A stretch of DNA of 33,116 bases from Thaumarchaeota archaeon S13 (GCA_003724275.1 RHFA01000102.1:1-33116), one strand, 5' to 3'; numbered from the stretch's first letter, positions 8,869 through 17,637 are shown. Program-made: numbers and translations. The notes: generated by a model from the sequence alone, not told the origin.

Positions 8869-11802
8869 ATGTCCGCGAAGGGCCACAGGCTAGGCGTCGC
8901 GATCCTGCTCCTCTCCGTCCTTGCCGCCGCGCCGGCCCACCTCCCGGCCGGCTCGCAGCTGGTTCCTGACATCGACCGCGACGGCGTGCCGGACGCCACG
9001 GACATGTGCCCAAACCTGCCCGAGGACGGCATAGGCGACGCGACAGACGGCTGCCCGTCGCCGAGGACGCAGTGGCACGACTCGGACCGTGACGGGATCG
9101 CCGACGGCGTCGACGAGTGCCCGCTCTCGGCGGAGGTCTACAACGGCATCGAGGACGCCGACGGCTGCCCGGACGCCGCGCCGGGCATAGCCGCGCGCGG
9201 GCCGGCCGACTCGGACGGCGACGGGATTCCAGACGGGATCGACACGTGCCCGACGCGGCCCGAGACGCCGAACGGGATCATGGACTCTGACGGCTGCCCC
9301 GACGAGGCCGCGCCGGGACACGACTCGGACGGCGACGGCATCCGCGACTCGCTTGACGAGTGCCCGTTCGCCGAGGAGACGTTTAACAGGATTGACGACG
9401 CCGACGGCTGCCCCGACGGGGACGCCGGCCTGGCGTCCTCCGCGCCGGACTCGGACGGCGACGGCATCATTGACACTGTCGACAACTGCATACTCGCCGC
9501 CGAGACGCAGAACGGGTTTATGGACCTGGACGGGTGCCCCGACACCGCCGCCGACGCGCTTCCCGACACGGACGGCGACGGCGTGCACGACGGGCTTGAC
9601 ACGTGCCCCGACGAGGCCGAGACGTACAACAGGTTCCTTGACTCTGACGGCTGCCCCGACGAGAGGCCGCCGTACACGTCGGGCATCGGCGTTGACGCCG
9701 ACAGGGACCGCGTGCCCGACGACATCGACGAGTGCCCCGGCGAGGCAGAGCGCTACAACGGCTTTGAGGACGCAGACGGGTGCCCGGACATACCTCCGTA
9801 CGTGACTGTGTTTGACAGGGACTCTGACGGGATTGACGACGCCAACGACGAGTGCCCCGACTCGCCAGAGACATACAACCGGCACGAGGACGCCGACGGA
9901 TGCCCCGACTTTGTGGGCATTGAGAGCATAATCCACGACACTGACGGCGACGGAATCGCCGACCGAATGGACCTGTGCCCAAACCAGCCCGAGACGGCCT
10001 CTGGCGTGCAGCTTGACGGGTGCCCCGACAGGGGCCGCGCGCCGACGCTGGACACCGACGGCGACGGCGTGCCCAACGCGCTAGACGAGTGCCCGTCGTC
10101 ATTTGAGACGTACAACATGATAGACGACGGCGACGGCTGCCCCGACGAGGCGCCGGCCCAGCAGCCGCGCGACGCCGACGGCGACGGCATACCCGACGTC
10201 TCGGACTCTTGCGCGCTCTCGCCGGAGACGCGCAACGGCTACATGGACACCGACGGCTGCCCCGACGACGTCCCGTTTGAGGACACGGACTCTGACGGCA
10301 TAGCCGACCGCCTCGACGCGTGCCCCGACGCCGCGGAGACCTATAGGATAGGCGGGACGATCGACGGCTGCCCCGACGAGGCGACGGACCCCGACACGGA
10401 CTCTGACGGCATAGCCGACCGCCTCGACGCGTGCCCCGACGAGGCCGAGACGCAGAACGGCTTCCTTGACGCAGACGGCTGCCCCGACGAGGTGCCCGGG
10501 GCAAGCGCGGCGACTGACTCTGACGGCGATGGCATACCCGACGCCGATGACCTCTGCGTCGACGCCGCCGAGACGTACAACCAGCTAGACGACGCCGACG
10601 GCTGCCCTGACGTCGTGGTCAGCAGCAGGACGCAAAACCCCGACACCGACGGCGACGGGCTGCCTGACCGCCTTGACCTGTGCCCCTCGATACCCGAGGT
10701 CCGCAACGGCTTTATGGACAACGACGGCTGCCCTGACAGGGGAACGACGGCGGACTCTGACGGCGATGGCATACCCGACTCGCTTGACGAGTGCCCCGCG
10801 GACCCGGAGACGTTCAACCTCGTAGATGACGCCGACGGCTGCCCGGAGGACGCCGCGCCCGGCGGCGTCAACGACGCCGACGGCGACGGCCTCAACGACC
10901 TTGTGGACTCGTGCCCGCTGCGGCCAGAGACGATAAACGCGCACATGGACGACGACGGCTGCCCCGACGAGGTGCCGGCTCCGGACGCCGACTCGGACGG
11001 CGTGCCGGACTCGATGGACCTGTGCCCCGACGAGCCCGAGACGTGGAACCGCCACCTCGACTCGGACGGCTGCCCCGACGAGCGCCGCACGTTTGACGCC
11101 GACTATGACGGGATCCCCGACACCGTCGACGAGTGCCCCGAGCTGCGCGAGCTCTTTAACAACTTTGAGGACGAGGACGGCTGTCCCGACTCGGCCGGGC
11201 CGCCGACAGAGAGGGACACGGACCTTGACCGCATCCCAGACGCCGACGACGAGTGCCCGCTCCAGCCAGAGAGGTACAACGGGTTTGAGGACGCCGACGG
11301 CTGCCCCGACTCTGTCCTCGCCGAGAGGCGCGTCGCCGACTCGGACAGCGACGGGATACCCGACGCCGTGGACAGGTGCCCGACGAGGCCCGAGACTATC
11401 AACGGGATCAACGACAACGACGGCTGCCCCGACAGGGGCTCGACTGTGGCCGACACGGACGGCGACGGCATCCCGAACTCGCGGGACCTCTGCCCCCTCC
11501 AGGAGGAGACGTACAACCGCATACGCGACGCCGACGGCTGCCCTGATGGCGTGTCGCGCGACGGCCCGCCCGTGGTGGACACGGACTCTGACGGGATACC
11601 CGACGCGCAGGACATGTGCCCCGCCGAGGCCGAGGACCGCGACGGCGACCGCGACGCCGACGGCTGCCCCGACGCCGCCGGCCCGCCTGACGCCGACGGC
11701 GACGGCGTGCGCGACGAGGTCGACTCGTGCCCCACGGAGGCCGAGACGATAAACAGGTACATGGACGCCGACGGCTGCCCTGACACGCTTCCGGGAGGCT
11801 AG
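8869..11802 (+). CDS. Secreted thrombospondin type 3-like repeat protein, paralog A (24 units)
   Basis: Signal-peptide-like N-terminus MSAKGHRLGVAILLLSVLAAAPA. It is followed by 24 units of D-x-D-x-D-G-[IV]-x-D-x-x-D-x-C-P-x3-E-x2-N-x3-D-x-D-G-C-P-D, counted by hand as DGCP occurrences. The protein ends five residues after the last unit (..CPDTLPGG) with no anchor domain. GTG 8866 is an alternative start. Confidence 0.85.
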   Translation: MSAKGHRLGVAILLLSVLAAAPAHLPAGSQLVPDIDRDGVPDATDMCPNLPEDGIGDATDGCPSPRTQWHDSDRDGIADGVDECPLSAEVYNGIEDADGCPDAAPGIAARGPADSDGDGIPDGIDTCPTRPETPNGIMDSDGCPDEAAPGHDSDGDGIRDSLDECPFAEETFNRIDDADGCPDGDAGLASSAPDSDGDGIIDTVDNCILAAETQNGFMDLDGCPDTAADALPDTDGDGVHDGLDTCPDEAETYNRFLDSDGCPDERPPYTSGIGVDADRDRVPDDIDECPGEAERYNGFEDADGCPDIPPYVTVFDRDSDGIDDANDECPDSPETYNRHEDADGCPDFVGIESIIHDTDGDGIADRMDLCPNQPETASGVQLDGCPDRGRAPTLDTDGDGVPNALDECPSSFETYNMIDDGDGCPDEAPAQQPRDADGDGIPDVSDSCALSPETRNGYMDTDGCPDDVPFEDTDSDGIADRLDACPDAAETYRIGGTIDGCPDEATDPDTDSDGIADRLDACPDEAETQNGFLDADGCPDEVPGASAATDSDGDGIPDADDLCVDAAETYNQLDDADGCPDVVVSSRTQNPDTDGDGLPDRLDLCPSIPEVRNGFMDNDGCPDRGTTADSDGDGIPDSLDECPADPETFNLVDDADGCPEDAAPGGVNDADGDGLNDLVDSCPLRPETINAHMDDDGCPDEVPAPDADSDGVPDSMDLCPDEPETWNRHLDSDGCPDERRTFDADYDGIPDTVDECPELRELFNNFEDEDGCPDSAGPPTERDTDLDRIPDADDECPLQPERYNGFEDADGCPDSVLAERRVADSDSDGIPDAVDRCPTRPETINGINDNDGCPDRGSTVADTDGDGIPNSRDLCPLQEETYNRIRDADGCPDGVSRDGPPVVDTDSDGIPDAQDMCPAEAEDRDGDRDADGCPDAAGPPDADGDGVRDEVDSCPTEAETINRYMDADGCPDTLPGG
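8968..11784 (+). repeat. In-frame tandem coding repeat array, about 111-129 nt period (TSP3-like units) in paralog A
   Basis: The GACGGCTGCCC(C/G/T)GAC (DGCPD) core recurs 24 times. Units are imperfect at the DNA level except for the repeat pair at 10282/10393. Confidence 0.85.
10282..10441 (+). repeat. Perfect 49-nt direct repeat (10282-10330 and 10393-10441), offset 111 nt
   Basis: Both copies read gacacggactctgacggcatagccgaccgcctcgacgcgtgccccgacg. They encode DTDSDGIADRLDACPD in adjacent units. Flanking bases differ on both sides. Confidence 0.95.
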
Positions 11803-11881
11803 GGGCCCGCGCGATCGGCCTGATCGCAGGCCCCGCGCGGCCGCGCCGCGCCCATGGGCGCCCCGGGGCCGAATCCACCGA

Positions 11882-11894
11882 GAAGTTTAATAAT
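11882..11894 (+). promoter_or_regulatory. TATA-like box GAAGTTTAATAAT for TSP3-repeat gene B
   Basis: Same core as at 8833 and 13760. ATG 11920 lies 27 nt after the core. Confidence 0.6.
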
Positions 11895-11919
11895 CCCGCA
11901 CCGGGGGCGATCGGCAGTA

Positions 11920-13677
11920 ATGCGCAGCTATTGGGCACTGCTGGTGGCCGTGACGCTCGTGGCGTCTGCCCCCGCCGGCGCCCTTGCGCAGTACGGGGAC
12001 TCTGACATCGACTCTGACGGGGTTCCAAACGCGATCGACTCCTGCCCCCACGTCCGCGAGGACTTTGAGGGCGAGATCGACGGCTGCCCGTCGGACTTTG
12101 TCCAGTGGCAGGACTCTGACGCCGACGGCATAGAGGACAGGGTCGACGAGTGCCCCGCGGCCAGGGAGACGTACAACCGCCACCTCGACGCCGACGGCTG
12201 CCCGGACAGGGCGCCGGACACGGGGCGCTCGGTCACAGTCGACACGGACGGCGACGGCGTCATTGACATGCTTGACGTGTGCCCGACGACGCCAGAGACC
12301 CCCAACGGCATCCTCGACGGCGACGGCTGCCCGGACGGCATGGCGCCGGCGACGGACAACGACGAGGACGGGGTGCCAGACGGCGTTGACGCGTGCCCCT
12401 TTGAGCAGGAGACCTACAACCGGCACATGGACGGCGACGGCTGCCCCGACGAGGTCGAGGACGAGCGCGCGCAGTTCGAGTTTCCCGACGCCGACGGCGA
12501 CGGCATAGACGACAGGTGGGACCAGTGCCCCAACGAGGCCGAGAACCGCAACTCGTACCTCGACGGCGACGGCTGCCCCGACGAGCCTGGCGCCGAGTCT
12601 GACGCCGCAATGGCAGACTCGGACTTTGACGGAATACCGGACTCTGAGGACGCCTGCCCGGAGGACCGAGAAAACTTTAACCGCCACCTCGACGAGGACG
12701 GCTGCCCGGACACGCTGGACCTCACAACGTCCGCCGACACGGACCTTGACGGGATACTTGACAGCGTGGACATGTGCGTCCTTGTCGCCGAGGTCTACAA
12801 CATGGTCGACGACGAGGACGGCTGCCCGGACACGGTGCCCGTGGGCATCAACACGCCAGACTCGGACGGCGACGGGATATTTGACGCGGTGGACACGTGC
12901 CCCATAACGCCAGAGAACCGCAACGGCGTGCTAGACACGGACGGCTGCCCCGACTCTGATCCCATAGTCGGCGACTCGGACGTCGACGGCATACCCGACG
13001 ACAGGGACGAGTGCCCAATGGAGCCCGAGACGCACAACAGGTTTGAGGACGGCGACGGCTGCCCCGACTTTGTCGCCGATGACAGGGAGCAAAACCCCGA
13101 CACCGACGGCGACGGGCTGCCCGACCGCCTCGACCTCTGCCCCTCTGTCCCCGAGACGCGCAACGGCATACTCGACACGGACGGCTGCCCCGACAGGGGA
13201 ACCGTCCCGGACACCGACGGCGACGGGATACCAAACGACATGGACGCATGCCCGTCGCAGCTCGAGACGTTCAACATGATCGACGACTCTGACGGCTGCC
13301 CCGACGAGACGCCGGCGACGGCGGTCAACGACGCCGACGGCGACGGCATAGACGACATATCTGACATGTGCGCGCTGGTCCCGGAGAACCGCAACGGCTA
13401 CATGGACGATGACGGGTGCCCTGACATCCGGCCCCCGCCGGACGCCGACTCGGACGGCGTGCCCGACGGGGCCGACGCGTGCCCCGAGATGGAGGAGACG
13501 CGCAACGGCTACATGGACGCCGACGGCTGCCCCGACGAGCTTGCCCTCTCGGACGACCAGGCCGACACGGACAATGACGGTATCCGCAACTCTGCTGACG
13601 AGTGCCCCTCGGAGCCCGAGACGTGGAACAAGTTCGCCGACGATGACGGGTGCCCGGACTCGTTTCCGGAGGGCTAG
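11920..13677 (+). CDS. Secreted thrombospondin type 3-like repeat protein, paralog B (14 units)
   Basis: Track ORF 11854-13677. ATG 11920 gives MRSYWALLVAVTLVASAPAGALA/QYGD (signal peptide with AxA site), followed by 14 DGCP units. Ends ..CPDSFPEG with no anchor. Confidence 0.85.
   Translation: MRSYWALLVAVTLVASAPAGALAQYGDSDIDSDGVPNAIDSCPHVREDFEGEIDGCPSDFVQWQDSDADGIEDRVDECPAARETYNRHLDADGCPDRAPDTGRSVTVDTDGDGVIDMLDVCPTTPETPNGILDGDGCPDGMAPATDNDEDGVPDGVDACPFEQETYNRHMDGDGCPDEVEDERAQFEFPDADGDGIDDRWDQCPNEAENRNSYLDGDGCPDEPGAESDAAMADSDFDGIPDSEDACPEDRENFNRHLDEDGCPDTLDLTTSADTDLDGILDSVDMCVLVAEVYNMVDDEDGCPDTVPVGINTPDSDGDGIFDAVDTCPITPENRNGVLDTDGCPDSDPIVGDSDVDGIPDDRDECPMEPETHNRFEDGDGCPDFVADDREQNPDTDGDGLPDRLDLCPSVPETRNGILDTDGCPDRGTVPDTDGDGIPNDMDACPSQLETFNMIDDSDGCPDETPATAVNDADGDGIDDISDMCALVPENRNGYMDDDGCPDIRPPPDADSDGVPDGADACPEMEETRNGYMDADGCPDELALSDDQADTDNDGIRNSADECPSEPETWNKFADDDGCPDSFPEG
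11998..13659 (+). repeat. In-frame tandem coding repeat array (TSP3-like units) in paralog B
   Basis: 14 hand-counted DGCP units with the same unit architecture as paralogs A and C. Confidence 0.85.
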
Positions 13678-13759
13678 GGCATGACGGGCATGGCGACACC
13701 GGCAGGCCAGCGCGGAGCGGCGCCGGGCGTGCGGCCCGCGGCCGGCCCGGGGGGGCCGC

Positions 13760-13772
13760 GAAGTTTAATAAA
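13760..13772 (+). promoter_or_regulatory. TATA-like box GAAGTTTAATAAA for TSP3-repeat gene C
   Basis: Same core as at 8833 and 11882. ATG 13798 lies 27 nt after the core. Confidence 0.6.
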
Positions 13773-13797
13773 GAAGCGCGCGCGCAGCGCCGCGAAG

Positions 13798-16584
13798 ATG
13801 GGCAGATGCTGGGCGATCATGGCGCTGGCCGCCACGCTGCTCGTGTCGCTTCCCGCCGGCGCGATGGCGCAGGCGCCGGAGATTGACATCGACGGCGACG
13901 GCGTGCCGGACTCTGTAGACGAGTGCCCGCACGTCCTCGAGGACCGCGTCGGCGAGATCGACGGCTGCCCCTCGGACTTTGTCCCGTGGTACGACACGGA
14001 CAACGACGGGATCGAGGATCGCCTCGACCTCTGCCCGACCGTAAAGGAGCGCTACAACAGGCACCTTGACGAGGACGGCTGCCCGGACGTCGTGGTTGAG
14101 AGGGGCAGCGCCTCGCTGGCCGACACGGACGGCGACGGGTTTATCGACGTGCTCGACTCGTGCCCAAACGAGCCCGAGACGCCCAACGGCATACTCGACG
14201 GCGACGGCTGCCCGGACGACTATGTGCCACTGACGGACAATGACGAGGACGCCGTGCCGGACAGCGTCGACGCGTGCCCCTTTGAGCAGGAGACATACAA
14301 CCGCTTCATGGACGGCGACGGGTGCCCCGACGAGGTCGAGACGGAGCGCACGCAGTTCGAGTTTCCCGACAGCGACGGCGACGGCATAGACGACCGGTGG
14401 GACCAGTGCCCCGACGAGGCCGAGAACCGCAACTCGTACCTTGACTGGGACGGGTGCGCCGACGAGCCGGGCTTCACCTCGCGCGGCGCAGTCGACACGG
14501 ACTATGACAGCATTCCAGACTCTGAGGACAACTGCCCGGAGGAGCGCGAGATCTTTAACGGGCTGCTCGACTCTGACGGCTGCCCCGACGAGATCGCCGT
14601 CGAGCTGACCGGCGACATGGACCGCGACGGCGTCGCCGACAATGTCGACCTCTGCCCGCTGAGCCGCGAGGTCTACAACATGGTCAACGACGAGGACGGC
14701 TGCCCGGACACGGTGGCCGTCGGCTCGGTCACGCCCGACAGCGACGGAGACGGAATATTTGACATCGTCGACGTCTGCCCAATCACGCCCGAGGTGGTAA
14801 ACGGCTACATGGACACGGACGGCTGCCCAGACTCGACGAGGGCCGCCGGCGACGCCGACTCGGACGGCATAGCCGACCCTGATGACCTCTGCCCTACGAG
14901 GCCCGAGACATACAACAGGTTTGAGGACAGCGACGGGTGCCCGGACGACGTCGTGGCAGCCGCCACGGCCTTTGAGTTTCCCGACACCGACGGCGACGGC
15001 ATAGAGGACAGGTGGGACCAGTGCCCCAACGTGCCCGAGAACCGCAACTCGTACCTTGACTGGGACGGCTGCCCGGACACGCAGGGATATGACACGCAGA
15101 GCACGGCGCCGGACTCGGACTATGACGGCGTGCCCGACCCTGACGACCTGTGCCCCGGCATAGGCGAGCGCTACAACGGCTTTATGGACGAGGACGGCTG
15201 CCCTGACATCCCGCAGGTCCCGCGCAGCGGCGACGCGGACTTTGACGGCATCCTCGACCACGTCGACGAGTGCCCGCGCGAGCGCGAGACGTTCAACAGG
15301 ATCAACGACGGCGACGGCTGCCCCGACGGGGAGGAGACCGAGTTCATCGCGCCTGACAGCGACGGCGACGGCATTCTTGACGCGGCCGACTCGTGCCCGT
15401 CAAGGGCCGAGACGATCAACGGCATAGCCGACACGGACGGCTGCCCTGACCCCGACGCCGTCTCGGCTGACACGGACGGCGACGGCGTGCCGGACTCTGT
15501 AGACGAGTGCCCGACGTCCTTTGAGACGTACAACGCCATAGACGACGCCGACGGCTGCCCTGATGACAGCTCGGTCGCGCAGGCCCCCGAGTACAGCCCC
15601 GCTGACACCGACGGCGACGGCGTGCCGGACATGCGCGACCAGTGCCCAGAGGAGGAAGAGACGGCCAACGGCTACCTTGACTGGGACGGCTGCCCGGACA
15701 CCATGATCGAGCGCGCCTCGCAGACGGGTGACACCGACAGGGACGGCATCCCCGACCACGCCGACAGGTGCCCAATGGCCGCAGAGCGCTACAACGGGTT
15801 CCACGACGCCGACGGCTGCCCCGACATTGCGCCCTATGCGCCGTCGGCCTCGATGGACTCGGACTCTGATGGCATCCCGGACACAGCCGACGAGTGCCCC
15901 GGCGAGTTTGAGACGTACAACATGCACGAGGACGGCGACGGCTGCCCTGACACCGTGCTTGCGGGCAGCCAGATACCAGACACCGACGGCGACGGCATCA
16001 TTGACGTCTCTGACGTGTGCCCGACGCTGCGCGAGACGGTCAACGGCGTCAACGACTTTGACGGCTGCCCCGACGGCGTCGCGCCGCGCGGGGACGCCGA
16101 CTCGGACGGCGTGCCGGATCCCGACGACGAGTGCCCGCTAGAGCCCGAGACGCACAACAGGTTTGAGGACGCCGACGGCTGCCCCGACGAGGCCCCGACC
16201 GAGCGGGTCGGCTTTTCATACCCCGACACCGACGGTGACGGCCTCGATGACAGGCTTGACCAGTGCCGCACGGCCCCCGAGACGCCCAACGGCTACCTCG
16301 ACGGCGACGGCTGCCCCGACGTGATACCGGCCGGCCCGCTAGAGCCGACCAGGTCTGACACGGACGGCGACAACATACCCGACGGCGTGGACCTCTGCCC
16401 CGCGGCGCCAGAGACGTGGAACAAGTACCGCGACCACGACGGCTGCCCCGACACGACGCCCGAGCAGATGCGCCACCTCCTCGACTCGGACGCCGACGGC
16501 GTGCCGGACACGGCGGACATGTGCCCCGCCGAGGCCGAGGACCGCGACGGCGTCTCAGACGCCGACGGCTGCCCTGACCCCTAG
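13798..16584 (+). CDS. Secreted thrombospondin type 3-like repeat protein, paralog C (22 units)
   Basis: Track ORF 13681-16584. ATG 13798 gives MGRCWAIMALAATLLVSLPAGAMA/QAPE (signal peptide), followed by 22 DGC[PA] units. Ends ..DADGCPDP directly at the stop. Confidence 0.85.
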   Translation: MGRCWAIMALAATLLVSLPAGAMAQAPEIDIDGDGVPDSVDECPHVLEDRVGEIDGCPSDFVPWYDTDNDGIEDRLDLCPTVKERYNRHLDEDGCPDVVVERGSASLADTDGDGFIDVLDSCPNEPETPNGILDGDGCPDDYVPLTDNDEDAVPDSVDACPFEQETYNRFMDGDGCPDEVETERTQFEFPDSDGDGIDDRWDQCPDEAENRNSYLDWDGCADEPGFTSRGAVDTDYDSIPDSEDNCPEEREIFNGLLDSDGCPDEIAVELTGDMDRDGVADNVDLCPLSREVYNMVNDEDGCPDTVAVGSVTPDSDGDGIFDIVDVCPITPEVVNGYMDTDGCPDSTRAAGDADSDGIADPDDLCPTRPETYNRFEDSDGCPDDVVAAATAFEFPDTDGDGIEDRWDQCPNVPENRNSYLDWDGCPDTQGYDTQSTAPDSDYDGVPDPDDLCPGIGERYNGFMDEDGCPDIPQVPRSGDADFDGILDHVDECPRERETFNRINDGDGCPDGEETEFIAPDSDGDGILDAADSCPSRAETINGIADTDGCPDPDAVSADTDGDGVPDSVDECPTSFETYNAIDDADGCPDDSSVAQAPEYSPADTDGDGVPDMRDQCPEEEETANGYLDWDGCPDTMIERASQTGDTDRDGIPDHADRCPMAAERYNGFHDADGCPDIAPYAPSASMDSDSDGIPDTADECPGEFETYNMHEDGDGCPDTVLAGSQIPDTDGDGIIDVSDVCPTLRETVNGVNDFDGCPDGVAPRGDADSDGVPDPDDECPLEPETHNRFEDADGCPDEAPTERVGFSYPDTDGDGLDDRLDQCRTAPETPNGYLDGDGCPDVIPAGPLEPTRSDTDGDNIPDGVDLCPAAPETWNKYRDHDGCPDTTPEQMRHLLDSDADGVPDTADMCPAEAEDRDGVSDADGCPDP
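13885..16578 (+). repeat. In-frame tandem coding repeat array (TSP3-like units) in paralog C
   Basis: 22 hand-counted units. The first nine are collinear with those of paralog B. Confidence 0.85.
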
Positions 16585-17606
16585 CCGCTAATCCAGCCGA
16601 GCCTTCTAAAGTAGAGGTACATTATGCCGGCGGGCACGACTGAGGCCAGTATGACAAGGAGGAACGTCGTGTGCGGGCCGCCGCCCCCAGAGTCGCCGCT
16701 TCCGCCGGGAAGGCTGACGTTCATCCCATAGAACGTCCCTATCACGGTGGCGGGTATGGCCAGCGTGAATATGATGGTCAGGACGGCGAGGACCTTGCTG
16801 GCCTTTTCCGTGCTTAGGACAAAGTCGGTGTCCTTGTAAATCTCCATGGTCTCCTTTGACTCCTCGAGCGTGTCTATGGCCTTGTCAATGTGGTCTATCA
16901 CGTCGTCAAAGTGAAGCGTGAGGTCCTCTCCCGGAGAGTAGCTCGCAATGTTCTTGGCGGCCCCGAGGACTATGCGCTTTAGGGGGCTGGCTATCCTCCG
17001 CAGGACGGTGATCTCGCGCCTGAGGACGTGGATGTCCTTTGCGACTGACTTGCTCTCGTCAAAGACGTCGTCCTCTATGTCGTCAAGGTTTGCCATCACG
17101 CGCCGCAGCGTGTGGAGCAGGTCGTCCACTAGCACGTCGATTATCTCGTGGAGGAGGACGGCCGTGGAGCTTGACATGAGGCGATCGCGCCTCTCGGGGT
17201 CAATGCCCCCCTTGCATGCCCTCACCAGGTCGACGAGGGGCTTTAGGTTTCCCTGGTGGACCGTTATGAGAAAGCCCCTGCCCACGAATATCGAGAGCTG
17301 GTTGTGCTTTGGTATGGCCTCCTTTGCCACGATTGGGGGAAAGTGGAGTATGAGGAACATGTGGTCAGAGTACGCGTCCAGCTTTGGAAGCTCGAACTTT
17401 GTCAGGCAGTCCTCCACGTTCAGGGCGTTAAAGCCGTACTCTGCGGCCAGCCTCTCGACGTTCTCCCTGTCGGGGTTTTGCAGGTCAATCCACACAAACC
17501 CCCTGCCGTCCATCCTCTCGACCTTGCGCTCGTCGAGGGCACCGTCGTCCCTGGGCCTCCTCCTCCTGCCCGACCAGAGCCTCTTTGCTATGGAGCTGCG
17601 GCTCAT
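16581..17606 (-). CDS. corA: CorA-family magnesium/cobalt transporter
   Basis: C-terminal LAIPATVIGTFYGMNV (the YGMN signature between two TM helices) and a CorA-like soluble N-terminal domain (FVWIDLQNPD, FLITVH). Its stop shares the palindrome CTAG (16581-16584) with the stop of paralog C. Confidence 0.9.
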   Translation of the reverse strand: MSRSSIAKRLWSGRRRRPRDDGALDERKVERMDGRGFVWIDLQNPDRENVERLAAEYGFNALNVEDCLTKFELPKLDAYSDHMFLILHFPPIVAKEAIPKHNQLSIFVGRGFLITVHQGNLKPLVDLVRACKGGIDPERRDRLMSSSTAVLLHEIIDVLVDDLLHTLRRVMANLDDIEDDVFDESKSVAKDIHVLRREITVLRRIASPLKRIVLGAAKNIASYSPGEDLTLHFDDVIDHIDKAIDTLEESKETMEIYKDTDFVLSTEKASKVLAVLTIIFTLAIPATVIGTFYGMNVSLPGGSGDSGGGGPHTTFLLVILASVVPAGIMYLYFRRLGWISG

Positions 17607-17627
17607 TGCGCCGCGCCCCGCACTGCC

Positions 17628-17637
17628 AATTATAAAA
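17628..17637 (-). promoter_or_regulatory. TATA-like box for corA (TTTTATAATT on the minus strand)
   Basis: AT-only decamer 22 nt upstream of ATG 17606. Confidence 0.5.

Noticed and set aside
9138-9725. Long minus-strand ORFs throughout 8.9-16.5 kb with periodic Ser-rich SGQPS/SGHxS motifs (for example 9138-9725, 10341-11090, 11103-11786, 12795-13394, 15171-15668, 15834-16289). At first sight they look like a second family of repeat proteins.
   Set aside because: They are the reverse-complement reading of the DGCPD/DxDGDG repeat cores: GACGGCTGCCCCGAC reads ..SGQPS.. on the other strand. They have no promoters, signal peptides or independent motifs. Stop codons are simply rare in this GC-rich repeat DNA.
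13675-13800. Paralogs B and C are in the same reading frame, separated by a single TAG (13675-13677) and 40 open codons. This suggested stop-codon read-through or a fused roughly 1500-aa protein.
   Set aside because: The intervening segment contains the conserved GAAGTTTAATAA promoter box. C begins with its own signal peptide at ATG 13798. An open frame over 120 nt is unremarkable at this GC content. A and B are separated by two in-frame stops (11800, 11821).
8968-16578. Regular approximately 111-129 nt periodicity, which could suggest a CRISPR array or non-coding satellite.
   Set aside because: The periodicity is in frame and imperfect, and it encodes a conserved Asp/Cys motif. There is no alternation of identical short repeats with unique spacers, and no cas genes nearby.
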